Origin: Macrostomum lignano
Lineage: Eukaryota
Direction of reading: 5' to 3'
Length of the DNA: 64,000 nt
Assembly: GCA_002269645.1 (NCBI GenBank)
Contig: NIVC01001941.1
Location: 25,910-89,909, forward strand
Numbering within the stretch: the first letter of the stretch is position 1; each line of letters starts with the position of its first letter. The notes below the pieces were generated by a model, which saw only the letters and a list, made by a program, of their open reading frames with translations, had not been told where the DNA came from and ran no database searches. The translations under genes were made by a program, and so were the position numbers. Shown piece after piece: positions 9,801 through 22,700 of the stretch.

Positions 9801-12800
9801 CAGCCCTTCATCGTCCCTTCCTCAGCCGCAGCTTTCCTCAGCCGATACCAGCGCGGCTCGCGGGGTCTTGTGCAGTAGAAAATGGCGAATCCCAACGTCA
9901 GCAGGACAATCAGACTGCAAGCTAGGGACACGGCCAGGTTCACGTGATAGTAGGTGACAACTGCGGGCAGGTCAAGAGCGCAAGTTATTACTGCTGCAGA
10001 AATTCCTTCTATGTGTATGTTCTAGATTTTGCGTTGCTGAGCTGCCATGGCTCAATGGGGAGTTGCTGAGATGCCATGGCTCAATGGGGAGTTGCTGAGA
10101 TACCATGGCTCAATGAGGAGTTGCTGAGATACCATGGCTCAATGGTGAGTTGCTGAGATGCCATGGCTCAATGGGGAGTTGCTGAGATACCATGGCTCAA
10201 TGGGGAGTTGCTGAGATACCATGGCTCAATGGGGAGTTGCTGAGATACCATGGCTCAATGGGGAGTTGCTGAGATACCATGGCTCAATGGTGAGTTGCTG
10301 AGATGCCATGGCTCAATGGGGAGTTGCTGAGATACCATGGCTCAATGGTGAGTTGCTGAGATACCATGGCTCAATGGTGAGTTGCTGAGATACCATGGCT
10401 CAATGGGGAGTTGCTGAGATGCCATGGCTCAATGGGGAGTTGCTGAGATACCATGGCTCAATGGTGAGTTGCTGAGATGCCATGGCTCAATGGGGAGTTG
10501 CTGAGATGCTATGGCTCAATGGGGAGTTATCATATTGCCCATATCTTTACAAGACTTCTTAGAATTTCTTACAAAATTTATCAATGACTCACTCTGGCAC
10601 TGTCTCAGCTCGTGATTCTCGTCGCTATAATCTCCGCAGTTGTTGTGCCGATCGCACACCAGGCTCTTGCCTACGCACAGGCGCTTGTTCTTGCATTTGA
10701 ACATGTCCGGCTTGCACTTCGAGGCTGCAGTGGACGGTGGGGGAGCGACTGAATCTATTGAATCTGTCACACTCTCTAACCCTCATTGAATCTGTCACAC
10801 TCTCTAACCCTCATTGAATCTGTCACACTCTCTAACCCTCATTGAATCTGTCACACTCTCTAACCCTCATTGAATCTGTCACACTCTCTGACCCTCATTG
10901 AATCTGTCACACTCTCTGACCCTCATTGAATCTGTCACACTCTCTGACCCTCATTGAATCTGTCACACTCTAACCCTCATTGAATCTGTCACACTCTCTG
11001 ACCCTCATTGAATCTGTCACACTCTCTGACCCTCATTGAATCTGTCACACTCTCTGACCCTCATTGAATCTGTCACACTCTCTGACCCTCATTAAATCTG
11101 TCACACTCTAACCCTCATTAAATCTGTCACACTCTAACCCTCATTAAATCTGTCACACTCTAACCCTCATTAAATCTGTCACACACTCTGACCCTCATTG
11201 AATCTGTCACACTCTCTGACCCTCATTGAATCTGTCACACTCTCTGACCTTCATTAAATCTGTCACACTCTCTAACCCTCATTGAATCTGTCACACTCTC
11301 TGACCCTCATTAAATCTGTCACACTCTCTAACCCTCATTGAATCTGTCACACTCTCTGACCCTCATTGAATCTGTCACACTCTCTGACCCTCATTAAATC
11401 TGTCACACGCTAACCCTCATTAAATCTGTCACACACTCTGACCCTCATTGAATCTGTCACACTCTCTGACCCTCATTGAATCTGTCACACTCTCTGACCT
11501 TCATTAAATCTGTCACACTCTCTAACCCTCATTAAATCTGTCACACACTCTGACCCTCATTAAATCTGTCACACTCTCTGACCCTCATTGAATCTGTCAC
11601 ACTCTCTAACCCTCATTGAATCTGTCACACTCTCTAACCCTCATTGAATCTGTCACACTCTCTGACCCTCATTGAATCTGTCACACTCTCTGACCCTCAT
11701 TGAATCTGTCACACTCTCTGACCCGCTTTGAATCAGCCACTCTAACTCTCCATAAGTCTGTCACTCTAACTCTCCATAAGGTTGTCACTCTAACTCTACA
11801 TAAGTCTGTCACTCTAACTCTCCATAAGTCTCTCTAATGAATCACGGAATTCTGGCACCCACCCGGGAGAGCGTTGGTGTACACCAACCGGAAGTGCACA
11901 TATCGAGGCCCGGTTGTGTGCAGCTGAATCCGGACGAATTTCTCGGACACGATGAACACTTGCTGGTCGCGCACGTGCGAGCAGATCTTGCGGCTCAGGG
12001 CTTTGGTGGTGCTGTTGGACCGCTGGCCTGTCAGTGGCGCCAGTCACTTTAAATAGCTAGGGTGCTGCTTGTACTCATTCTGTTGCAATATCAGATACTT
12101 CTTAGAGGAATAAAAGTTAGTCAAGAACGCGAGAAGAGAGAAAGAAATCGAAAGGAGAGAGAGAAATGAATATTGGAGAAGAATGTGGGAGAGAGGAAAG
12201 AGATAAGAAACAAATTGATTTGGTGTATTAGTGAGCAGAGCATGAAGCAAAGGAAGGAGGGGGGAGGGGAGGAGAGGAAGAGAGAGGGGAGGAAGAGAGA
12301 GGGGAGGAGGAGAGGGGGAGGTGGAGAGAGGGGAGGTGGAGAGAGGGGAGGAGGAGAGAGGGGAGGTGGAGAGAGGGGAGGTGGAGAGAGGGGAGGTGGA
12401 GAGAGGGGAGGTGGAGAGAGGGGAGGAGGAGAGAGGGGAGGTGGAGAGAGGGGGAGGAGGAGAGAGGGAAGGAGGAGAGAGGGAAGGAGGAGAGAGGGAA
12501 GGAGGAGAGAGGGAAGGAGGAGAGAGGGGGAGGAGGAGAGAGGGAAGGAGGAGAGAGGGGGAGGAGGAGAGAGGGAAGGAGGAGAGAGGGGGAGGAGGAG
12601 AGAGGGAAGGAGGAGAGAGGGAAGGAGGAGAGAGGGAAGGAGGAGAGAGGGGGAGGAGGAGAGAGGGAAGGAGGAGAGAGGGGGAGGAGGAGAGAGGGAA
12701 GGAGGAGAGAGGGAAGGAGGAGAGAGGGGGAGGAGGAGAGAGGGGGAGGAGGAGAGAGGGAAGGAGGAGAGAGGGAAGGAGGAGAGAGGGAAGGAGGAGA

Positions 12801-15800
12801 GAGGGAAGGAGGAGAGAGGGAAGGAGAGAGGAAAGGAGAGAAGGGAGGGAGGAGAGAGGGAAGGAGGAGAGAGGGAAGGAGGAGAGAGGGGAGGAGGAGA
12901 GAGGGAAGGAGGAGAGAGGGAAGGAGAGAGGTAAGGAGAGAAGGGAGGGTGGAGAGAGGGGAGGAGGAGAGGGGGGAGAGAGGTCTATGAGAATCAGCAG
13001 ACAGGATTTGAGGCAATAGGAAAAGAATAAGGGAAAGATAGCAAGGATAAAATTAACAAGAGAGAGGAACAAGTGAACAGTGATACACAGGTCCGTGTGA
13101 ACTAACCTGCCAGAATCTGTATGTAGTTGTCGCAGCGCCTGTGGAACAGGTGCACATTTCGCACCTGCAGATTCTCTATGGAGAGCACCAGCTGCCTGCC
13201 AGGCATGGACTCTAACAGCAGGTGGCAATCCGCCAGGTGGCCCTCCGTGTATCCCTGCGCGCTGACGATTCCCGTCTCCGTGGGCGCCGGTACGCCGCTG
13301 CACGAGTTGAGAAGATCGGCTTCAAGGAACAACGAAAGAAAAATCAGTTAAGGGCTCAGCTGAACGATTTTATGTTATTAGAGGCAGCACGACTTTGTCA
13401 CACAACCGGCGAGAGGCATTACTGCCCTGAGCAGGCACACAAGCGCGCGGATACGTACGCAGTCATACGCACAGGCACGCACTCACACAGGAGTGTACTA
13501 TCTAACTGACTATCTAACCATGTTAAGCATGCACACTCTCTGCGCCTTGGCGGTTGGTTCTCATGGCTGTGAATTGCCCCGAATTGATGAAGCTGCGCAC
13601 AGATTCGAACCAGGGGTCGCGGCGCGAGAGTCGGACGCGTTCACCGCTGAGCTGCCCTGCCCCATTATGTTTCTAGAGTTTACGTTTTAGAAATATTTGA
13701 TTCATGCACCATTGCAAAGATAGCATGCACAGTGTTTCATCTCTCGAAAAACTTATAATTTCAACAAACAGCTGGTAGCTTGTGTTTTTGTAACCCCCCC
13801 CCCAAACGGCTCTTTGGGTGCTGAATTTGACCTCGATTACGTAATCTCAACTGTGTAGCGATGTGACCTCGCTACTTTAGCATTGCTCTCGGCTAAAAAA
13901 TTCGAATAATATAAACGCTTGTAGAGGCGCAACCTCTCCCGCGGTGCATCAAGTGCAGCTGGGACAGCTCAAGCTCCTCCGCTGCCAAAATCTAGTATTT
14001 ATCAGTAGTGCGACTGTTTCCCGTCTCTCAGCATCTTCAGCTTCATCCTGGCCAGCTCAGCCGGAGCCAACAGGCAGGACGGGGCGATGCAGCGTCAGCT
14101 GGAAGAATTGCAGCTGATTGACACTTTCGGTGAGCGCCGCTTGGAGTCTTTGTTTCAGTCCGATCGAGTCCTGAGACATCGTGTGACATGGATTGGTTAT
14201 ACTCTAATGCTTTTATTAAGATTTGAGTCTTTGTTTCAGTCCGATCGAGTCCTGAGACATCGTGTGACATGGATTGGTTATACTCTAATGCTTTTATTAA
14301 GATTTGAGTCTTTGTTTCAGTCCGATCGAGTCCTGAGACATCGTGTGACATGGATTGGTTATACTCTAATGCTTTTGTTAACATTTGAGTCTTTGTTTCA
14401 GTCCGATCGAGTCCTGAGACATCGTGTGACATGGATTGGTTATACTCTAATGCTTTTGTGAAGATTTGAGTCTTTGTGCGGTAAAAATTACAATCTTTTC
14501 TGTCGCTGACTCCTGAGCACATGGAATCGCGCCAATGCTGTACGCAGGCACGCACTCGTGCACACGCTAACATAGGGTGTACAGCGGCCCTGACTTTCTA
14601 ATCGTCTGGCATGTACACTCTCTGAACACTGATATCAAAATTCAATGAAGTTTTGCTAACTGCATGAGCAGAGCCAGAGAATGACAACCGCAACAGATTC
14701 TCAAGCTTTGCCGCTCCGTACAGGCGAGGACGCGGGGCTCGGCAAGCTGCTGCTCAGCTTTCACTACTCAAAGCCGCAGCGGAAGCTCACGGTGAAGCTG
14801 CTCAGGGCAGTCGGACTGCAGCCAAACGACGGCCAGCTCTGCCCCTACGTGACTCTCCGGTTCCTGCCGGTCCAGGCCGAGACCAACCAGCTGCGTACCC
14901 GGGCTCGAATCCTCACCAACCGGCCGGTCTGGCTGGAGGCCTTCGAGTTCAACAAATTCGACGAGTCGCTGCTCACTGCTGATCAGCGGCATCTGGCACT
15001 GCTGCTGGAGGTGCGCGACGAATGCAACAGCGCTGGCGCCGAGCCTCGGCGCCGCCTACTCGGCCGGATTGTCGTGCCGCTGCGCCGCCTGCCGCCCGGC
15101 AGCCTCCGCGGCGACGGCGTCATGTTCTGGCGCCACTTGGAGGCGCCGGCGGAGGCGGACAGCGAGGCCGACGAAGCAGCCGGCCTGGACCTCCTGCGCC
15201 TGGCGCTGCGCATCGGGCGTCGGTCTGGCCGGCTGTCGGTCGGGCAGCTGCGCTTCTGGCGCCGAAACGGCGGCGAAGCCGCGCAGCGAGTGCAGCTCCG
15301 CCTGCAGCTGGTGCTGCGCGCCACTGGCGAGCTGCTGGCGGACTGGTGGAGCCGGCCGGCGCTTCTGCGGCAGCGGCGCCAACAGCGCCTGCGTTGGAAA
15401 CCGGCGCCAGCCTCCAGTCTGCCGACGCCAGTGGCTTCGTGGCGCGACATCGCCCGGCTGGCCATGCCGCATGGCGCGGCGCACACTTGCGCGCTCAAAC
15501 TGCGCGCCTACCGGCTGACCGGCACCGCCGGCGACGACGCCAGCGCTGAAGAAGGAAAATCGACGGCCTCAGAGCTGGAGCTGGGCTGGGCGGAGCTCAG
15601 CTGCTCGGCCGGCCGATTGGAATCCTGGCGGTGCGTCTGGAGTCGCCTGGTGGACGGCGGCGACGGCGGCGGCTGGCTGGTGGCTTCTCTGCCGCTGCTG
15701 ACCGCCGAGTATCCAAGAGCTTCGTCTTCCTTGAAGTCGTCAATTTAACGTTTAAATGCCCCACTGATTGAGTCGCTCACTGATTGAGTCGCTCACTGAT

Positions 15801-16826
15801 TGAGTCGCTCACTAATTGAGTCGCTCACTAATTGAGTCGCTCACTAATTGAGTCGCTCACTGATTGAGTCGCTCATTGATTGAGTCGCTCACTGATTGAG
15901 TCGCTCACTGATTGAGTCGCTCACTGATTGAGTCGCTCACTGATTGAGTCGCTCACTGATTGAGTCGCTCACTGATTGAGTCGCTCACTGATTGAGTCGC
16001 TCACTGATTGAGTCGCTCACTGATTGAGTCGCTCACTGATTGAGTCGCTCACTGATTGAGTCGCTCACTGATTGAGTCGCTCACTGATTGAGTCGCTCAC
16101 TGATTGAGTCGCTCACTGATTGAGTCGCTCACTGATTGAGTCGCTCACCGATTGAGTCGCTCACTGATTGAGTCGCTCACTGATTGAGTCGCTCACTGAT
16201 TGAGTCGCTCACTGATTGAGTCGCTCACTGATTGAGTCGCTCACTGATTGAGTCGCTCACTGATTGAGTCGCTCACTGATTGAGTCGCTCACTGATTGAG
16301 TCGCTCACTGATTGAGTCGCTCACTGATTGAGTCGCTCACTGATTGAGTCGCTCACTGATTGAGTCGCTCACTGATTGAGTCGCTCACTGATTGAGTCGC
16401 TCACTGATTGAGTCGCTCACTGATTGAGTCGCTCACTGATTGAGTCGCTCACTGATTGAGTCGCTCACTGATTGAGTCGCTCACTGATTGAGTCGCTCAC
16501 TGATTGAGTCGCTCACTGATTGAGTCGCTCACTGATTGAGTCGCTCACTAATTGAGTCGCTCACTGATTGAGTCGCTCACTGATTGAGTCGCTCCCTAAT
16601 CTTAATGACAGTTAAAATTTTTCCTTTAGAATTATGATTAATTAAACTAGCGAAATTTTATTTTGAAGCATAAAAATATAATTCAAATTCATAATTAATC
16701 AATAATGACAGCAGCACAAAGATACTCACTTAGCTGATACCAGCCTTGAACTCCATCAGTACAGAGTAGCAAAGTCAGAGCAATGAGGATCGCTGCAGCT
16801 CGCAGTGGATCTCCCCTGCCAGGCAT
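9800..16826 (-). CDS. Type I membrane protein: signal peptide-CUB-LDLa-TM-short tail (~263 aa; MIG-13/LDLRAD2/NETO/LEV-10-type architecture)
   Basis: Five exons, all introns phase 1 with GT/AG: 16826-16730 (MPGRGDPLRAAAILIALTLLLCTDGVQGWYQL), 13319-13107 (CUB N-half, C...GIVSAQGY...DCHLLLES...CDNYIQI), 12027-11863 (CUB C-half, KICS...FVRIQLHT...FRLVYT), 10748-10593 (LDLa, CKPDMFKCKNKRLCVGKSLVCDRHNNCGDYSDE), 9960-9800 (TM VNLAVSLACSLIVLLTLGFAIFYC then RPREPRWYRLRK, TGA). Total 792 nt, in frame. Confidence 0.85.
10030..10530. repeat. 29-bp intronic minisatellite (gttgctgagataccatggctcaatgggga)
   Basis: About 17 tandem units. Confidence 0.95.
10752..11830. repeat. 28-bp intronic minisatellite (attgaatctgtcacactctctaaccctc)
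   Basis: About 35 units, starting immediately at the LDLa-exon acceptor and degenerating at the far end. Confidence 0.95.
12240..12985. repeat. GA-rich low-complexity array (gaggagagagggaag-like)
   Basis: Purine-only short-period repeat inside an intron. Confidence 0.95.
13375..13663 (-). mobile_element. tRNA-derived SINE, head type II
   Basis: Minus-strand head GGGGCAGGGCAGCTCAGCGGTGAACGCGTCCGACTCTCGCGCCGCGACCCCTGGTTCGAATC; body and 3' end shared with 2121-2466. Confidence 0.8.
14087..15748 (+). CDS. Synaptotagmin-like tandem C2-domain protein (probably Ca2+-independent), nested in the CUB-LDLa gene intron
   Basis: Exon 14087-14129 (donor GTGAGC, phase 1) joins exon 14724-15748. C2A motifs GKLLLSFHYSKPQRKLTVKLLRAVGL, CPYVTLRFLP, TRARILTNRPVWLEAFEF, LLGRIVVPL; a degenerate second C2 follows (LRLALRIGRRSGRLSV). 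The true start may be further upstream (frame open back to 14009). Confidence 0.75.
14145..14475. repeat. 69-bp tandem repeat (~4.7 copies)
   Basis: gagtctttgtttcagtccgatcgagtcctgagacatcgtgtgacatgg... repeated, inside the intron of the C2 gene. Confidence 0.95.
14503..14625 (-). mobile_element. SINE internal fragment
   Basis: Contains the shared core gtgtacagcggccctgactttctaatcgtc..gcatgtacactctctg. Confidence 0.7.
15762..16595. repeat. 16-bp minisatellite (ctcactgattgagtcg)
   Basis: About 52 nearly perfect units directly after the C2 gene stop codon. Confidence 0.97.
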
Positions 16827-18209
16827 TTCTTGACCTTCAATTATCCTGTCGGCTGTCCAGTTTCGAAACTTCTTTTAATCAAGCTCGCAAACTTCTTTCT
16901 CGAAGCTTCTTATTTGAATAAGTTGCAGAAATTCATAGCACTGAGCAGACGAGATCGGCGCTCCTGTGTTGCCAATAAAAAATGCGTGGGAAGTTCAGCG
17001 CGGAGGTGGGGGATCTTTTCAGCCGGCAGCCGCCCCCTGACCAGAGTGCTGGCAGGAATCGATTTATTCAACTCAAAAGGCTTTCCACTTGCCGGGTTGG
17101 CTTAAACACTGTTTGAGCGGAAACTGAGACGCTTGGGTCCGCAATTTTGGCTACCAATGGCTACTGTGCACAAAGTTTCTGTTTGCGCTGAAATGTAGCT
17201 CAGCGTGGATATGAGATCTACAGAGTGCAGTGAGTGTAGGACTCAACTGCTGTTATTTTCGATTATTCTGTGTGAATGTTTGAGAAGACCTTTATGTAAA
17301 ATAAGCAAAAACTCCCTGTTTCTATTCAAACGAACTTTCTAGCAAGTAGCTACTGCATACACTACACTGCATATGTGTACACCAGGTATTCTGTGCATGT
17401 ACATGTATAGTTCATCGATCAATTCACAAATTACATGTAAAAGTTTTCTACTCCTTTTATTATCATTGTCATTGAAGATTTTGAAACTAGCTTGTATCTG
17501 ATCAAACAAAATAAACCAATCCATACTCTACGACCGACTGATATCGAGAAAGGAACAACATATAAAAATAACTGTGCATACTGCATATTCATGCTATTGT
17601 TATTGATATTTTGAAATACGAGCCCGTAACAAGACTGACAATTATTACTTTGTCAGTTATTGTTTATAAGTTGCGACTAGACGGCACATTGTCATATATT
17701 TTATACTGCAACCTTTTTAAAATCATTAAGATCAAAATTAAGATAAAAAATTGTGTGATGACGCATTAGAGTTTTAAACGATCTACTCTTTTTATGTTGT
17801 TTGTTTGTCTTCGTCTTGACTTGGTCGTCCTGATCGCTTAACCGAATGTGTCGAATTTTCACGTCGTGCCTTATCTTGAGTGGTTTTAGAAATTCATATC
17901 GAACAGGAAATTAGACAATTAGAATTAGGTGAGTGGATTTGCGACTGCACGTGTATTTATGATCGAACCCGTCGAATTTGTTTTTGCCTAAATAAACAAA
18001 ATTCACATTTTCGAAGTCTTAAAAATGCTACACATATGCTTTAGCTCTTATTTGGATCTACTATTTAATAAAAATACTGGATTTATATCTCCAAACTTAT
18101 TTTTGTTTGGCAAAGTCCCATGACTCCATTGTTGTTTAACAATGGTAACTTGTTAAAATATTCCTGATAAACCAACTATAACCAAATATTTCAAGGTTAT
18201 TAAGGAATC

Positions 18210-19391
18210 ATGACTAGTGCAAAAGAATTGGTGAGTAAATACTTGTATTTTTTATCAATTTCGTTACCCTCTAAGATATACGTTGATCGTTATTCTAATC
18301 TGACAAACTCATATGATTCTGTTGGCTAAAAAGAAACTTTTCCCTGCAATGACTAATAAAAAGGCAGATATTAAAATATACTTAAGTAGATTTTAAAATA
18401 ATGTTTTCTTTAAATTAATAGAAGATGATATCATTTTATCATTTTATTGTCATAAAAATGCTTTAATTCTGTACTTTTCTTGATTGCTTTTTTAACTTTA
18501 TTAACTAGCTTTTATTCACCTTTCATCAGCAACTCAGTAGAAGACAATTTTTTATATTTAAATGTTAGAAGTTAAATAGTTCTAAGCTCGTATAGTTATA
18601 CTTTACGAATGTTTTACTTTAAAAAGCGATTTGATTTTAGACAATTTCAGGCTGTTATTATCGAACTTGTAAAAACAAAGTGCATTGTTAGGTACACAAG
18701 TTTAAAAGATCATTGTCTAATTCATTTTGCGAATGAATTCATCAGCATTCTTAATTGAGAATTTAATTTATGCTCATTTTTTAGCATTCTGCCTGTGTAA
18801 TGAATTTTTAGCTTTAGTACATGTTTAAAGCTTAGGAATAGCTATAAGCGATGTCTTTTTATAAAAATCAACCAATTAAATTTCAGAGCTCAAGTGGAAG
18901 CGTTATCCTAACGAAGGGCCAGTGGTACTGGAAAGAGGATGATAACACCTTGGACTTTCGACCCAGGTAATTTTGTAACTAGGGAAAGTCGCTAAGCAGC
19001 TTGGTTCAGCATGTTTCACCTTGAAGAGAGTGCCTGAGAATGCAATTAAGCTTGTTTTTACCGTAGAAATCAAAGTGCCACCCTACTCATTTCTGTCAGC
19101 GCTGGCTCCAGCCAGCTGCCAACCCTCGACAAATCGGCTGCGGCAAGGAAACGAGGCGGCGGCGCCGGCAAGGCAGGCGGCAGAAGCGACAGACGGACGC
19201 CGAGCGCCGGCGGGCGCGGCGGAGGCGGCAAGCAGCAGCAGCGGGCGAAGGGCGGCTCAGGCAAGGCGGCTGATGGAGAGGAAGACGATCGGGAGATCAC
19301 CCTGGCTGATGTGAAGCGTAAGGAGACTGGATTTTGTCACGCTGCTTTCGCGGGAAAATTGTGAACTATACTACTACTGCTGCTGCTGCTG

Positions 19392-19466
<75 letters not shown>

Positions 19467-19467
19467 T

Positions 19468-19523
<56 letters not shown>

Positions 19524-19524
19524 T

Positions 19525-19586
<62 letters not shown>

Positions 19587-19587
19587 T

Positions 19588-19669
<82 letters not shown>

Positions 19670-19677
19670 GCTGCTAC

Positions 19678-19713
<36 letters not shown>

Positions 19714-22700
19714 TACGCGCTACTTTCACTTCCTACCTGTATAGGCGTTGCGCTGGCCATGATGCAGGAGGCAAATCAGAAAGTGAACTCGCCGTGGTTT
19801 CAAGAAATTCGCCTGTAAGTCAGAGAATTCGAATATTTCAAATCTGATCGAATCCGCACTCTAACTGAGCCTTGATCAATGGCACTCCACTTCAGCACGA
19901 AGGCATTCGACGACTTCCTCATGACGCTGCTGCTGCACTTCCACTGGTTCTTCGAGAAGCGCACCCTGGACTGCAAGGTCTACCCCGCCAACGTGCACAA
20001 GAGCCGGCACGAGATCCAGGAATACGAGGACATCTGCGTGAAGGTCAGCAGCACCGAGAAGGTGATCGGCCGGTCCTACTGCGCGCTCATCCTGGGCCAG
20101 GGCGTGGCGGACACGCACCACATGGCCGCCGGCGACTCGCGAGTGTCCGCCACCAAGAACGACAGGGAAATGTTCGAGACGCTCTACTCCTTCTGCAGCT
20201 ATGTGGTTTGGCTCACCTTCAAGCGAAGGGAGTTTGACAAGATTGAGAAGGAGATGGGCAGGTGAGTCATTGTGCCGGCTGAGGCCGGTAGCTGGATTAG
20301 CAATCCATTCTATTCTTTCATTGATGTTGGCTAGATTAGCAATCCATTCTATTCTTTCATTGATGTTGGCTAGATTAGCAATCCATTCTATTTTGTTATT
20401 GATGTTGGCTAGATTAGCAATCCATTCTATTCTTTCATTGATGTTGGCTAGATTAGCAATCCATTCTATTTTGTTATTGATGTTGGCTAGATTAGCAATC
20501 CATTCTATTCTGTTATTCATGTTGGCTAGATTAGCAATTCATTCTATTCTGTTATTGATGTTGGCTAGATTAACCTTCCATTACATATGAAGGAGGCGAC
20601 AGTCATAAAATTTTACTAGCATATTTTACCATAAAAGTTTTACTATCGGCAGGATATTCCGGTCGGACACGTTCAACCTGGCCATGCGAGAGAAGAACTA
20701 CCAGACAGACGAGAACGGAAACGAGAAAAACAGAAAATTAACGCCAGCTGAGTATCGGCGAATGCACCCGTGAGCTGCTAAGGCCAGTCACCATGCTCTT
20801 CGCGTACGTTTCATAACTTTTATTGTGCAATGATGTTGCCGATTCCTCTCTGCTTATTTCAGAAAACGACCTGCCATTAACGACATTGTAAAGTAAGTGG
20901 CAATTGGGACTGCATTGCATGGGGAAGTGGGAGCGGAGCTGACAGACTGGGGAAGTGGGAGCGGAGCTGACGGACTGGGGAAGTGGGAGCGGAGCTGACA
21001 GACTGGGGAAGTGGGAGCGGAGCTGACAGACTGGGGAAGTGGGAGCGGAGCTGACAGACTGGGGAAGTGGGAGCGGAGCTGACAGACTGGGGAAGTGGGA
21101 GCGGAGCTGACAGACTGGGGAAGTGGGAGCGGAGCTGACAGACTGGGGAAGTGGGAGCGGAGCTGACGGACTGGGGAAGTGGGAGCGGAGCTGACAGACT
21201 GGGGAAGTGGGAGCGGGGCTGACAGACTGGGGAAGTGGGAGCGGAGCTGACAGACTGGGGAAGTGGGAGCGGAGCTGACAGACTGGGGAAGTGGGAGCGG
21301 AGCTGACAGACTGGGGAAGTGGGAGCGGAGCTGACAGACGAAACCAGTTAAGTTTGGTCATGTAAAGTTGCAAATAAGATTCTCAAAGAGCAAAGCGCAA
21401 TGTCTAACCGCAGTCAAAGGTCGCCGGCTCTCGCTTCAATTTTGCCTCGGCCTAAGGAGGGCGCCTCGTGGCTCTACACGGCCAAAAAGGATTTCGAAAA
21501 GTGAGTTAAAAATATAATTTAAAACGTCTCTTGCGTCTACTTTGAGTAGTAAAACTAGACAATCATTTTTTATCCAGATTTTCCCAGGAAGCGTCCGGAC
21601 CCAAGGAGGCAGAGCTGCGGCCGGACCCGGTGAAGTGAGTCGAACTTCCTCTGTGTACTTTTACATGGCCCGCTAGCCAACTAAACATGACCTTGGAAAA
21701 CATCCGCCAGGTTTGGGATTCTGGGCGACATGATGTCGCTTTACAACCCGGATACCCTGACACCTGAAGGCGCAGACGAGGAGGCCGAGAAGCAGGCGGC
21801 CGGCGAGGGCGACGCTGCGGCGACAGGCGGGGGTGAGATTTCTGAGAATGTGGGATTGTCAAGGGGGAGATTTCTGAGAATGTGGGATTGTCAAGGGGGA
21901 TATTTCTGAGAATGTGGGATTGTCAAGGGGGAGATTTCTGAGAATTTAGGATTGTCAAGAGTGAGATTTGGAAGGGATTAGCAAGAGTGAGATTTGGAAA
22001 GGATTAGCAAGAGTGAGATTTGGAAAGGATTAGCAAGAGTGAGATTTGGAAAGGATTAGCAAGAGTGAGATTTGGAAAGGATTAGCAAGAGTGAGATTTG
22101 GAAAGGATTAGCAAGGGTGAGATTTGGAAAGGATTAGCAAGAGTGAGATTTGGAAAGGATTAGCAAGGGTGAGATTTGGAAGGGATTAGCAAGAGTGAGA
22201 TTTGGAAAGGATTAGCAAGAGTGAGATTTGGAAAGGATTAGCAAGAGTGAGATTTGGAAAGGATTAGCAAGAGTGAGATTTGGAAAGGATTAGCAAGAGT
22301 GAGATTTGGAAAGGATTAGCAAGAGTGAGATTTGGAAAGGATTAGCAAGAGTGAGATTTGGAAAGGATTAGCAAGAGTGAGATTTGGAAAGGATTAGCAA
22401 GAGTGAGATTTGGAAAGGATTAGCAAGAGTGAGATTTGGAAGGGAGGGGAAGAAGGGAAGGGAAGGGAGAAGAGTGGAAACCCGAAGTTAAGCCATCTTC
22501 AGTTTGTCCTGAGCAGTTCCGCTTTCATATCTCACACGGTTTCCCAAATTTCCCAACCGTCCAGGCGCAGACGGAGAGTCGGGCGCGGCCGCTGAAGACG
22601 ACGAAGATGCCGGCGGTGCAGCGGCAGAGTCGGCGGCGGCGGTGGGCGGCGCGGGCGCAGCAGGCGGTCCGATGGAGTCGGACGCGGCGGCGGATGGTGG

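Noticed and set aside
12044-13303. Long L/P/S-rich and G/E/R-rich ORFs
   Set aside because: Translations of a GA microsatellite in an intron; the real coding parts are the CUB exons at each end.
18125-18150. RFX X-box-like motif upstream of PPP1R36 (gtttaacaatggtaac)
   Set aside because: Only the right half-site matches; expected by chance in AT-rich DNA.
19334-19744. Poly-Thr and poly-Ser ORFs
   Set aside because: (CTA)n microsatellite inside a PPP1R36 intron.
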